Source of the DNA: Acidimicrobiales bacterium
Lineage (GTDB): Bacteria; Actinomycetota; Acidimicrobiia; Acidimicrobiales; SHLQ01
Direction of reading: 5' to 3'
Length of the DNA: 56,548 bases
Assembly: GCA_051011595.1 (NCBI GenBank)
Contig: JBPCTQ010000377.1
Location: 1 to 56,548, forward strand
The notes under the pieces were generated by a model that searched no databases, had not been told where the DNA came from, and worked only from the letters and a program-made list of their open reading frames with translations. The position numbers and the translations under genes are program-made. This document shows, in pieces, positions 18,417 through 27,854 of the stretch; position 1 is the stretch's first letter; each line of letters begins with the position of its first letter.

Positions 18417-18501
18417 CGGAGGGAGGGGGATTCGAACCCCCGGGACCTTGCGGCCCGCTGGTTTTCAAGACCAGTGCAATCGTCCGCTCTGCCATCCCTC
18501 C
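18417..18501 (-). tRNA. tRNA-Ser(TGA)
   Basis: GGAGGGA acceptor, CTGGT-CT-TGA-AA-ACCAG anticodon arm, variable arm GGGCC-GCAA-GGTCC, GGTTCGAATCC. Confidence 0.96.
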
Positions 18502-18527
18502 GAGCGTGGAGGGTAGCGGTTGCGCCC

Positions 18528-18585
18528 GGCGATCTGTCAGCCCTCACGCGCGCCAGGCGCGCGCAATCGCAGCAATTTCGCCGAG
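18528..18585 (+). repeat. 58-bp palindromic (REP-like) repeat, copy 1
   Basis: GGCGATCTGTCAG..ACGCGCGCCAGGCGCGCG..ATCGCAGCAATTTCGC; 53/58 identical to 21280-21337. Confidence 0.85.
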
Positions 18586-18591
18586 CGGGAC

Positions 18592-21102
18592 TCAGCGGTC
18601 GGCTGGTCGGCTGGCCATGTTGTAGGTGGTCAGCTCGGCCTCATCGAACTGCGGCCACAACAACTCGGCTACCTGTTCGGCTGGTTGGGGCCGGGCGAAC
18701 AGGTATCCCTGCGCGAACCGACAGTGCAGGTTGCGCAGGGCGGTGAGTTGCTCGTCGGTTTCGATCCCCTCGGCCACCACCTCGATGCCCAGGTCCCTCC
18801 CCAGACCCAGCACCAGTGAAACGATCGAGGATTCGGCCCCACCGTTCTCCAGCTCGGTCATGAACGACCGGTCGATCTTCACCACGTCGATGGGGAACTG
18901 GCGTAGGTAGGTGAGCGAGCTGTACCCCGTCCCGAAGTCGTCGACGGCAATCGAGAAGCCGACCTGGCGGAGTTTGTGCAGGTTGAAGACCGAGGTCTCG
19001 AGGTCCGAGCTCAGCGCCGTCTCGGTGAGCTCGAGGGTGATGAGTGATGCGTTGGCGCCGGTGTCGGCCAGCATGTGCTCGATGGCCTGCACACAGTCGG
19101 TCTGGCTGAGTTCCCGGGCCGACAGGTTCACCGTCAGGCGCAGCGGCGTGTCCGGATGGGCGTTCATCCATGCGACCTGCTGGGTGCAGACACGGTGGAA
19201 CACGGTGCGACCGATCGGCACGATCAGGCCGGAATCCTCGGCGATGGCGATGAACTCCTGCGGGCTGACCGGCCCGTGACCGGGTCGATCCCAGCGCGAC
19301 AGCGCTTCCAACCCCACGATCTCGCCGGTGGAGATGTCGACGATGGGCTGGTAGTGCACGTCCATCTCGCCACTCACGGCCGCCTCTCGTAGTGCACACT
19401 CGACCTCGTGGCGGGCCTTGACCCAGCTGCCCATTTCGGAATCGAACAGGACGGTTCTGTTGCGGCCGCTCGATTTGGCCCGGTACATGGCGACGTCGGC
19501 ATCGGAGATGATCGAATCCGGTGTGGTCCCCTCGGCGGCGATGGCGATGCCGATGCTGCAGGCGACGTGTTCGGAGTGGCCGTCGACCACGAAGATCTCC
19601 GAGAGTGCGTCGTGGATGCGACGGGCCAGGTTCTCGGCCTGTGTCGGGCCGACGTCGGGGCAGAGGACCACGAACTCGTCGCCGCCGAAACGAGCGACCA
19701 CGTCGTCGGGTCCGATGGCGGCTTCCAGCCGACTGGCCGCCTGAATCAGCAATTGATCCCCGAAGGCGTGGCCCCGTGAGTCGTTGACCAGTTTGAACTG
19801 GTCGAGATCGATGAACAGCACACTCACCGATGACGACGGCCCGGCCAGCACCGCCTCGAGTCGTTCTCGGAGGTGGGATCGGTTGGCCAGGCCGGTCAAG
19901 TTGTCGTGGGCCGCTTGATGGCGCAGACGTTGTTCGCCGGCCGTGAGACGGGCATTGAGCTCCTCGACCTCGATGCGACGGCTGGTATCGGCGGCGGAGG
20001 CTTCCAGCAGCTCGTCGGTCATGGTGTTGACGGCAGAGGCCAGGTCACCCAGCTCGTCGGACCGTCGCACCTGCGCCCGGCGGCTGCGATCACCGCCGGC
20101 CACGGCCACCGCGGCCGCGGTGACCTCGCCAATCGGTCGCCACACCCTCCGACCGATGGCCAGCGAGATGATCAAGACGAAGAAGACGGCGGCCGCCACG
20201 GTGAGCGCGACGGTTCGTTGGAAGTGATCGACCCCCGCCAACGCCTCGGCCCGATCGATCTTGACGACCACGCCCCATCCGGTGACATCGACCTGTCTGG
20301 TCACGGCCAAGACGTCGGCGTCGCGGTAGTCCACCGTGTCGCCGAACCGCCCCTCTTCCCCTGCCATCGCCAAGGTGATGGGGGCGTTCGTCATCGTGTT
20401 GGGCACGGTCACGTTCAACACGGCGTCGGGGGCGAACCGAAGCGGAGCGATGAACTGAGCGCCCTCCGGCGTGGGCTGGGCAATGCTGGTCTCGCCGGTC
20501 CGGTTGAGACCCTGGTAGTCGGTGGCCAGCTCGGTGATCCCGCTGGCATCGGTCTCGATCGTCACCGTTCCGATGCGGACACCGTCGACCACAACTGGAG
20601 AGTTGGTCACGGCGGTGGGTGACCCGTCGGGTCCTTCGATGATCAGGCTGGAGTAGTCGCTGGCCAGGGGATCCAGCCCGAACCCCATGTAGCGCTCGGT
20701 GGCCGCGGGATCGACCGTGGCCAACACCGTCTCACCCACCCCGTGGAGGCAGATGTTCACGAGCCGGTCCGAGGAGGTCATGGCCGCGGCCAACAACGCT
20801 TCGATCTGAGCGACACTGGTCGGGTCGCCGTCGGCATGGGCCAGCAGGGCGGCTCGTAGTTGGTCGCTGCTGCCCAGCAGACCACTCAGTTCCTGGTCGG
20901 CTGCGACGACACTGTCGAGGTGGGCCACCTGGGCCGAAGCCATACCTTCGAGGGTGGTGTAGGCATCCTCGATGGCCACTTCGCGCTGGCGCTGCATCGA
21001 GACCGCGGCCAGGACGAGAAGAGGCAGCACGGCGACGACGATGACGCCGGCAACCAGGCGAATCCTGGTGGTGAGGCGATATCTGTTTCGTGGTGACGCC
21101 AT
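18592..21102 (-). CDS. Membrane sensor (Cache-like, HAMP) diguanylate cyclase/phosphodiesterase (GGDEF-EAL)
   Basis: Two TM segments; HAMP (DELGDLASAVNTM); HDNLTGLANR, FGGDEF; LEALSRW, DDFGTGYSSL, VVAEGIET, QGYLF. Confidence 0.93.
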   Translation of the reverse strand: MASPRNRYRLTTRIRLVAGVIVVAVLPLLVLAAVSMQRQREVAIEDAYTTLEGMASAQVAHLDSVVAADQELSGLLGSSDQLRAALLAHADGDPTSVAQIEALLAAAMTSSDRLVNICLHGVGETVLATVDPAATERYMGFGLDPLASDYSSLIIEGPDGSPTAVTNSPVVVDGVRIGTVTIETDASGITELATDYQGLNRTGETSIAQPTPEGAQFIAPLRFAPDAVLNVTVPNTMTNAPITLAMAGEEGRFGDTVDYRDADVLAVTRQVDVTGWGVVVKIDRAEALAGVDHFQRTVALTVAAAVFFVLIISLAIGRRVWRPIGEVTAAAVAVAGGDRSRRAQVRRSDELGDLASAVNTMTDELLEASAADTSRRIEVEELNARLTAGEQRLRHQAAHDNLTGLANRSHLRERLEAVLAGPSSSVSVLFIDLDQFKLVNDSRGHAFGDQLLIQAASRLEAAIGPDDVVARFGGDEFVVLCPDVGPTQAENLARRIHDALSEIFVVDGHSEHVACSIGIAIAAEGTTPDSIISDADVAMYRAKSSGRNRTVLFDSEMGSWVKARHEVECALREAAVSGEMDVHYQPIVDISTGEIVGLEALSRWDRPGHGPVSPQEFIAIAEDSGLIVPIGRTVFHRVCTQQVAWMNAHPDTPLRLTVNLSARELSQTDCVQAIEHMLADTGANASLITLELTETALSSDLETSVFNLHKLRQVGFSIAVDDFGTGYSSLTYLRQFPIDVVKIDRSFMTELENGGAESSIVSLVLGLGRDLGIEVVAEGIETDEQLTALRNLHCRFAQGYLFARPQPAEQVAELLWPQFDEAELTTYNMASRPADR

Positions 21103-21279
21103 GGCGAGGTCCTTCTGGGGTGATCACATCGATGTGACCGGCGAAGAACGTCGGTTTCGCCACTGACTCCTCCGACGGTCAGGCGACCAGGTTTCGACCA
21201 TCGGGATCAACGTCTCGTTCAACTCGAGCTGTTGGTCTCTTCTTCGGAAGGATCGACCCGGGACTTGAGAGCCGCCCCG

Positions 21280-21337
21280 GGCGATCTGTCAGTCCTGACG
21301 CGCGCCAGGCGCGCGTGATCGCAGCAATTTCGCTGAG
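21280..21337 (+). repeat. 58-bp palindromic (REP-like) repeat, copy 2
   Basis: Same orientation as 18528-18585 with 5 mismatches; central CGCGCGCC-A-GGCGCGCG. Confidence 0.85.
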
Positions 21338-21377
21338 GGCGCCGACGGCGTACGATCGGGGCGACCCAGGAGTGTGC

Positions 21378-21944
21378 ATGACCGACATCGATGCCCCCGC
21401 CGCCAAGGCCACCTTCACCTCGTTCGAGGAGTCCACTCAGGAGGACTGGCAGAAGATCATCCCGCAGTTGGCCGTCACCCAGAGCCTGGTGGCCGACCGG
21501 GTGCTCGACTTGTTGGGTCACCTCGAACACGACCACGGGGGTTTCCCGGTCAGCCGGCTCGAACACAGCCTCCAGACCGCCACGCGGGCCGAACGCGACG
21601 GCCGCGACGACGAATACGTCATCTGCGCTCTCATCCACGACATCGGCGACACGCTGGCCCCGTACAACCACCCGGCCATCGCTGCCGACATCCTGCAGCC
21701 CTTCGCGTCGGAGGCCAACCAGTGGATGGTGCAGCACCACGGCATCTTCCAGGGGTACTACTTCTGGCACTACATCGGCGCCGACCGCAACACCCGTGAC
21801 GCCTACGCCGACTCGCCGTACTACGGCCAGACCGAAGAGTTCTGCGCCAAGTACGACCAGACGGCCTTCGACCCCGAGTACAAGAGCGAACCCCTCGAGC
21901 ACTACGAACCCCTGGTTCGCGAATACTTCGCACCTCGTTGGTGA
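21378..21944 (+). CDS. HD-domain phosphohydrolase/oxygenase-like protein
   Basis: SD AGGAG; LEHSLQTATRA, ALIHDIGD, NH, HHGIFQG, YDQ.AFDP. Confidence 0.85.
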   Translation: MTDIDAPAAKATFTSFEESTQEDWQKIIPQLAVTQSLVADRVLDLLGHLEHDHGGFPVSRLEHSLQTATRAERDGRDDEYVICALIHDIGDTLAPYNHPAIAADILQPFASEANQWMVQHHGIFQGYYFWHYIGADRNTRDAYADSPYYGQTEEFCAKYDQTAFDPEYKSEPLEHYEPLVREYFAPRW

Positions 21945-22010
21945 GCTGAACCGATTTGGGCTTCGGCCGGGGCGTCCGGCCGGCCGCGCGCCGTCTACAG
22001 TCGCGCCCCG

Positions 22011-22577
22011 ATGCTCCTCTCCGATCGCACCATCCGCGAAGCCATCGAGGCCGGCCGAATCGCCATCGAACCCTTCGATCCCACGTGTGTCCAGCCCTCG
22101 TCGGTCGATCTGCACCTCGACAACGAGTTCCTGGTCTTTCGCAACCACACTCGCCCTGTCATCGATGTCCGCCAGGATCTCAGCGACCTCACCGAAGCCG
22201 TCGAGGCCCACGAGGACCGACCGTTCATCCTCCACCCCGGCGAGTTCGTGCTCGGTTCCACCCTCGAGCGGGTGGCCCTGCCCGACGACCTGGTGGCTCG
22301 GCTCGAGGGCAAGAGCAGCCTCGGACGCCTGGGGCTGCTGATCCACTCGACCGCCGGCTTCGTCGACGCCGGCTGGGATGGACAGCTCACCCTCGAGCTG
22401 TCGAACGTGGCCAACCTGCCCATCACTCTCTATCCGGGCATGAAGATCGGTCAGATCTCGTTCGTGCAGATGACCACCGCAGCCGACAACCCCTACGGGT
22501 CGTCCGAGGTGGGGTCGAAGTACCAGGGCCAGCAAGGGCCGCGGCCCAGCCGCTACTGGGAGAACTTCACCGGCTGA
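22011..22577 (+). CDS. dcd: dCTP deaminase
   Basis: [48 protein letters not shown]. Confidence 0.96.
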   Translation: MLLSDRTIREAIEAGRIAIEPFDPTCVQPSSVDLHLDNEFLVFRNHTRPVIDVRQDLSDLTEAVEAHEDRPFILHPGEFVLGSTLERVALPDDLVARLEGKSSLGRLGLLIHSTAGFVDAGWDGQLTLELSNVANLPITLYPGMKIGQISFVQMTTAADNPYGSSEVGSKYQGQQGPRPSRYWENFTG

Positions 22578-22580
22578 GGT

Positions 22581-23189
22581 TCACGGGGTGTCGCCCCGGG
22601 GTTCGAACACCTTGTGTTTGTTCTCCCACGGGAATGGCTGCTCGGGTTCGGGGATACCCAACAGGGTGCAGAAGGGCTGCCACGTCGGCGAGTCGGTGAT
22701 GTCGACCTCGACGAAGTCATCGCGACCCGCGAAGTACTCCCGCGCCGCCGACACGTGGCGTTTCCACTGCCGCCGCCAGCGTTTCTCGTCGACCTCCAGG
22801 AAGAAGCCGTCGTACTCACCGGCCGCCTTGCGGGCGATGTTGTTCTCGACATGGCGTCGCCGACTGTCGATCCAGGCGTCGATGGGCCGGACCGTCAACA
22901 CGAATCGACTGCCCGGGTACTGCTGGTCGAGCAGGGCGAAGTTCTTGGCCAACACCTCGATGTCGGAGAAGGCGTCGAAGGCGGGGTCCAGCCGGGTGAG
23001 CAGCGGCTCGCCGGCCTCGATGGACTTCTCGATCTCCATCCGGATGGATGGCCCGCCCCAGTGGAGGCTGGTGTAGCCCAGCACGGTCATGGCTTCGTGG
23101 AACGACGACGTGCCGGTCTTGTTGAGACCGATGCCGAACACGCGGGGACGCTCGGGTGAACCCCCGGCGGGCAGCGCCTCAACCGGCAT
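22581..23189 (-). CDS. Sulfotransferase-family protein
   Basis: 5'-PSB-like VFGIGLNKTGTSS; YPGSRFVLTVR...WIDS; WQPFCTLLG...FPWEN. Confidence 0.82.
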   Translation of the reverse strand: MPVEALPAGGSPERPRVFGIGLNKTGTSSFHEAMTVLGYTSLHWGGPSIRMEIEKSIEAGEPLLTRLDPAFDAFSDIEVLAKNFALLDQQYPGSRFVLTVRPIDAWIDSRRRHVENNIARKAAGEYDGFFLEVDEKRWRRQWKRHVSAAREYFAGRDDFVEVDITDSPTWQPFCTLLGIPEPEQPFPWENKHKVFEPRGDTP

Positions 23190-24051
23190 GGGCCCAGTTC
23201 TCCAGCTCGTCGGTGGAGCCGTAGCCGGCGCGCGCCATGGTGGCGCCGGCGATGTCGACGAACGTCCGGCGTCGTTCGGAGTCCCACCCCAGCCAGTCAT
23301 CGTCGTCGGGTCGGCTGGGGTCCTGCTTCCAGCTGGAGTTGATGCGCTTCTTGCCGAAGAACCGCGCCGATCCGGGATGGGGTTCGAGACCGAGGAAGTC
23401 CTGGATGCGGGCGAACCCGGTTTCGGGGTCGGCGCTCAGCTCCTCGTTGTGGACCGAGATGCAGCGTTGCGGGTGGTCGGCGCCGAAGTCGAGGGCGGAA
23501 GCCACCCAGTGCGACCAGGTGCCGCACCCCTCTTCGAAGTCGTTGCTCCACTGCGGGATCTCGTTCGGTTGGGCGTTGGCCAGCTGTTCGTCGTCGAACT
23601 TGCGCTCGAAGTTGACCATCGACCGCACCACATGACGGCCGTCGCGCACGATGTGCACGAACGACGCCCCCGGGAACATCGCTGCCAACGTGCTCACCAT
23701 GGGGGTGTAGAGCGGGGTCTGGTCGATCCAGCGTTTGCCCTCGGCTCGGCTCGAGAACAGCGCGTTCATCCCCAGGCCGAGAAAGCCCAGGAACTCGTCG
23801 TGTTCGACCTTCTCGAACTCGACCCAACACGGCGTGACCCGGTTCATCTGGTTGTTCCACACCCGGCTCGGCTTGCCCCGCCCGAAGAAGTCGTGCAACA
23901 CGTACGACTCCTTGCCGACCCGCAGATCGGGATGGCGATTGAGCGACTGGGCCAACGCCGTGGTGCCCGAGCGCGGCGATCCGATCACGAACACCGGGTT
24001 CGGACAGATGCCCTCCATCTGGAGGTAGGGCTCGAGGTGGTCGCGGCTCAT
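23179..24051 (-). CDS. Sulfotransferase
   Basis: VFVIGSPRSGTT; FPGASFVHIVRDGRHVVRS (3'-PB); ATGA coupling. Confidence 0.88.
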   Translation of the reverse strand: MSRDHLEPYLQMEGICPNPVFVIGSPRSGTTALAQSLNRHPDLRVGKESYVLHDFFGRGKPSRVWNNQMNRVTPCWVEFEKVEHDEFLGFLGLGMNALFSSRAEGKRWIDQTPLYTPMVSTLAAMFPGASFVHIVRDGRHVVRSMVNFERKFDDEQLANAQPNEIPQWSNDFEEGCGTWSHWVASALDFGADHPQRCISVHNEELSADPETGFARIQDFLGLEPHPGSARFFGKKRINSSWKQDPSRPDDDDWLGWDSERRRTFVDIAGATMARAGYGSTDELENWAHAG

Positions 24052-27000
24052 TGCGGGGGCGGGGAGAAGCTTCCGTGGTACTCGGTGACCTCTCGGTCGT
24101 AGTACGGCGGCGCCCGATGTGGATCGACGCCGTGTTTCCATCCGTACTTGTACCGATGACCCTGGAGCAACCAGTCGACGTGGGGGTGGGTGCTGGCGGT
24201 GGTACGGCGGGCGTGCACCACGTGAGCGGCGGGTACCGGAGTGAGCTCGACACCCATCTCCCAGGCACGGTGCCAGTAGTCGGTGTCCTCGCAGAACGCA
24301 GGGTTGAACCACTCGTCGAAGGGTCCGACCTCGGTATAGAGGTCCTTGGGGAGCATGAAGCACCAGCCGGCCGTGGCTCCTTGATCAGGTTGGGTGAACC
24401 CCAGGCCGTCGCAGTGATCGGTGTAGGGGAACGCAACCCGCCGACCGTCGGTGGCGGCTTCGTAGAGGGCTTCGTCCCATCCCGGCTCGACCAGGCAGTC
24501 GCTGTTCATCACCACCACCACCGGCGCGGTGGAGAGGCGGATACCGGTGTTCCAGCCGGTGGCGACACCTTTGTTCTCGGCGTATCGATAGACCTTGGCG
24601 GCCAGCGGCACCTCGAAGGGCGAACCGTTGTCGATGGCGAGCACCTCGGTGGGCACGCGGCTCACGGCCCAGATGCGGTCGATGGTCTGCTTCACCATCT
24701 CGGCCAGCTCGGGTGAGCGGCTCCACACGGGGATCGAGATCGACAGCAGGGGTTCGGCGGGGGCGTCGGCTGGGGTGCCGTCGTAGGCCAGGTCCGGGTC
24801 GGTGTTCTCGAACGGCTGCACGGTGGTGGGCGGGCTGGGCATGGCGTAGACGCCTCCGGTTGCTTCGGCGACCCCCTTGGCGTTGAGGAGCTGGAACACC
24901 TCACGGTAGGAGTCATGGAGTTCGGCGAGGGCCGTGGGGTCGTCGGCCGAACCGGCTTCGAGCTCGGCGACCCGACGACGTAGAGGTGCTTCCCGGAAGC
25001 GGTTGCCCTCCCACCGGGCCACCGCTTCGTCGAGCTGGAATCGGTCGGCCACCTCGGTGCCTCGATGCAGCGCCGCGATGATGGCGTTGGCCCGTCCCTT
25101 GGCCTGGGTACGGGCGCAGAAGCCTTCGAAGTCGAGCGGCCGGGCCATGACGCTCACCGCCGATGCGTCGTAGATGACCCGCAGCCCGTGCGGGGCCAGG
25201 CGCCAGGCCATCTCGACGTCGATGGAGTAGTTGAGGCGCTGATCGTGCAGTCCATGGCGCATCAGCAGCGACCGTTTGCACGTGATCCGGCCCTCCCAGA
25301 ATCCTCGCCAGTCGAGTTGTTGACCATCGGCCAGGCGTTCGTAGGCGAACATCAGCCGGTCGACGTCGGTGATGAAGTGCATCAGCGGGGTGAGCTCCAG
25401 CTCGGCAGCCCAGTCGGTGTGGCCCAGAATGGCCACCCCCTCGTCGGGGTGGCGGTCATGGGCCGCGAGGTGACGCTCCAGGTAGTCGGGCCGAGCCCGA
25501 TCGTCGTCGTCGAAGAACAACACAACCGGCGCCCGGGCCAACAACACGCAGTGGTTCTTGGCCGCGCTGCGGCCGGCGTGGTCGATGCGGACCGCTTCGA
25601 TCTGCAGCCGGTCTCCGAACTCGGAGGCCAGCTCGTCGACGATCGAGTCGGCGGATCCGTCGTCGACCACGATCACCTCGTAGTCGGCCCGGTCCAGGGT
25701 CTGATCGGCGAACGACACCAGCGCGGCCCGCAGCAACTCCGGTCGTTCGTAGGTGGAGATCAGGACACTGATGCGCGGCGTGGCCTGCAGTGGCCGGGGT
25801 TGGTGGACACGAATCGAGCCGTCGGTGTCGCGAACCCAGAGACGCCGCACCGAGGCATAGGCATCACCCTGGCCGGCTTCGTCGATCGGCCGGCGAAGGC
25901 CGACCGTGACCGTGTCGGCGAGTGTGGTGGGGCCGGAAGCTTCGGCGCCGGCTCGCACCGACAACACGGGGAGCGGGGTGACCGCGTCGACCTCTCGGGC
26001 GATCGAACCTCGGTGGCGTTCGGTGATGGGTGGGCCGCCACGGGGTCCACTGGTGTGGGTCGGTTGCAGCCGGTCGACATCGAGCGCCGCCTGAGCGGCC
26101 ACCAGCTCGTCGAGGAGGTGGGTGGGCAACACCGCGTCGTCGCGAACGTGGACCACGTAGTCGGCGCTCGGATCGACGTCGACCGGTTCGTCGTGATCCG
26201 GGCGCCAGTGTTGGCTCACGTCGAGTGTGGCGCTGGCACCGAGCTCGGCCAGCAGCGTCGGCGGGGGGCCGGTGCGTTCGGGCCGGTAGGTCCCGATCAC
26301 CTGCACGCGGGCCGCTACCGGTTCACCCAGCGTCGCACTGTCGTCGGGATCGAGGTCGTAGATCTGGAGGTCGTCGTCGTGGTGCACCCGCCGGGCCGTC
26401 GTGTCGAGGTGGGTGAACAGCTCCGGATATCGAGTGCGCCACGGAAAGGCGTGACGGGGCAGCACGAAGTAGCGGGCCCCTCGGGCCTGTTGCCCTTGGA
26501 GGTGGGTGAGCGCGGCCCGCCCATCGACCGGGTCGTACCCCGGCCACTCGCCCTCTCGCCCCTGGGGGAAGTGCCAGCACGGATGAGAGCCGATGTCGAT
26601 GAGGCCGTCATCGCCGTCGGACACGACCAGTACCACCGCACCCGGGTCGCCGATCATCTGAATCCGTTGCCGAACGACGTCGGGGTCGACCCGCTGGCTG
26701 TCGACCCCGGTGAAACGACGGTCGGTGCCCGGCACCCGAACGGGCCGGTCCATGACGGTGGCCACCAGATCGTCGAACTGTTTGCGCACCGGTTCGATTC
26801 CGTGCCGGGCATCCACGTGGGCTGCGCCCGCCTCGGCCAGTCGACTCCACAAGGGATCGTCGGTCAGGAGGCGGGTGATGCCGGCGGCCAGGTCGCCGGC
26901 GTCGGCGGCAATGAGGGCATGTTCGCCCTGGACCAGGTCGAGGCTCTCGGCCCCGACCGCAGTGGTGACCACCGGGGTGTAGGCCATCATCGCCTGGATG

Positions 27001-27854
27001 ACCTTGCGCTTCACGCCGGCACCGTTGAGTAGAGGAACCACGGCCAGTCGTGACTGTTCGGTGTAGGGGCGAACCGATGGCACCCATCCGACCAGGTTGC
27101 ACCCGGGGATGGTCGGTTCGACGTCGATGTGTGTGTCGGGGTGATGGAGGTGGTTGCCGATGACGGTGAGGGGGTGGGCCTCCAGCAAGGCCGGATCGAG
27201 GAGGGGCAGGACCTCACCACAAAGGAACTCGATCGCCTCTCGATTGGGCACGTGGCGGAAGTTGCCGACGAAGAACATGCCCCGGCGATCGGCCAGCGGG
27301 ACGGCGGATCGTTCGATCGATTCGGCCAGGGGCAGGGTGAACACGCGGTCGTTGCCGAGGAACTCGCCCAGCAGCGTTCGCTCCTTCTCCGACACTGCGA
27401 TGACCGCGTCGGCTGCGTTGTAGGCGTTGAGCTCACGGGTGGTCTGGTCGCCGTAGTCATGGTCGAGATCGGAGTGTTGTCCGAACGCACCCCGGGCGTG
27501 GCGAAGGAAGTGCACGTCCATCGAGTTGACGATGATGCGGGTCGAAGGTGACTGCTCACGAATGACGGGGATGACCGTCTCGGCCGGCTCCCAGAAGGCG
27601 ATGATGGCCAGATCGATGGCGCCCGAACGGGTCACCCGGGTCACTGCGTCGAGGCCCGAGTAGGTGGCGATGCCCATCTGGCGCAGCCGCTCGGCGTGCC
27701 GTTGCTCCGCGGTGGCTTCGTCCTCCTGGCTCACGAAGGTGACAGTCCAGCCGTCGTCGAGCAGGAACCGAATGGTGTTGTCGATGTCCTGGGATCCGCT
27801 GTCGCGGTCGAAGGCCGGCATCCGGGTGTGCACCACCAGGGCGTGACGACTCAT
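24048..27854 (-). CDS. Multidomain glycosyltransferase (GT4-like + unknown domain + two GT2 domains)
   Basis: DRDSGS, FVGNFRHVPN, GAGVKRKVIQAM, PVVTTAVGAE (GT4); SVLISTYER, VVDDGS, FFDDDD (GT2); IDNGS, GWNTG, MNSD, CEDTD (GT2). Confidence 0.9.
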   Translation of the reverse strand: MSRHALVVHTRMPAFDRDSGSQDIDNTIRFLLDDGWTVTFVSQEDEATAEQRHAERLRQMGIATYSGLDAVTRVTRSGAIDLAIIAFWEPAETVIPVIREQSPSTRIIVNSMDVHFLRHARGAFGQHSDLDHDYGDQTTRELNAYNAADAVIAVSEKERTLLGEFLGNDRVFTLPLAESIERSAVPLADRRGMFFVGNFRHVPNREAIEFLCGEVLPLLDPALLEAHPLTVIGNHLHHPDTHIDVEPTIPGCNLVGWVPSVRPYTEQSRLAVVPLLNGAGVKRKVIQAMMAYTPVVTTAVGAESLDLVQGEHALIAADAGDLAAGITRLLTDDPLWSRLAEAGAAHVDARHGIEPVRKQFDDLVATVMDRPVRVPGTDRRFTGVDSQRVDPDVVRQRIQMIGDPGAVVLVVSDGDDGLIDIGSHPCWHFPQGREGEWPGYDPVDGRAALTHLQGQQARGARYFVLPRHAFPWRTRYPELFTHLDTTARRVHHDDDLQIYDLDPDDSATLGEPVAARVQVIGTYRPERTGPPPTLLAELGASATLDVSQHWRPDHDEPVDVDPSADYVVHVRDDAVLPTHLLDELVAAQAALDVDRLQPTHTSGPRGGPPITERHRGSIAREVDAVTPLPVLSVRAGAEASGPTTLADTVTVGLRRPIDEAGQGDAYASVRRLWVRDTDGSIRVHQPRPLQATPRISVLISTYERPELLRAALVSFADQTLDRADYEVIVVDDGSADSIVDELASEFGDRLQIEAVRIDHAGRSAAKNHCVLLARAPVVLFFDDDDRARPDYLERHLAAHDRHPDEGVAILGHTDWAAELELTPLMHFITDVDRLMFAYERLADGQQLDWRGFWEGRITCKRSLLMRHGLHDQRLNYSIDVEMAWRLAPHGLRVIYDASAVSVMARPLDFEGFCARTQAKGRANAIIAALHRGTEVADRFQLDEAVARWEGNRFREAPLRRRVAELEAGSADDPTALAELHDSYREVFQLLNAKGVAEATGGVYAMPSPPTTVQPFENTDPDLAYDGTPADAPAEPLLSISIPVWSRSPELAEMVKQTIDRIWAVSRVPTEVLAIDNGSPFEVPLAAKVYRYAENKGVATGWNTGIRLSTAPVVVVMNSDCLVEPGWDEALYEAATDGRRVAFPYTDHCDGLGFTQPDQGATAGWCFMLPKDLYTEVGPFDEWFNPAFCEDTDYWHRAWEMGVELTPVPAAHVVHARRTTASTHPHVDWLLQGHRYKYGWKHGVDPHRAPPYYDREVTEYHGSFSPPPQ

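Noticed and set aside
18417-18501. tRNA with TGA anticodon read as a selenocysteine or suppressor tRNA
   Set aside because: Anticodon TGA reads UCA (Ser); tRNA-Sec needs TCA and a longer acceptor arm.
21103-21279. c-di-GMP riboswitch upstream of the GGDEF-EAL gene
   Set aside because: A hairpin is present, but I could not find the GEMM-I GCAAAC/GAAA-tetraloop pattern; Infernal would be needed.
18194-21337. Repeats as a CRISPR array
   Set aside because: Only two copies of each repeat, no regular spacers and no cas genes.
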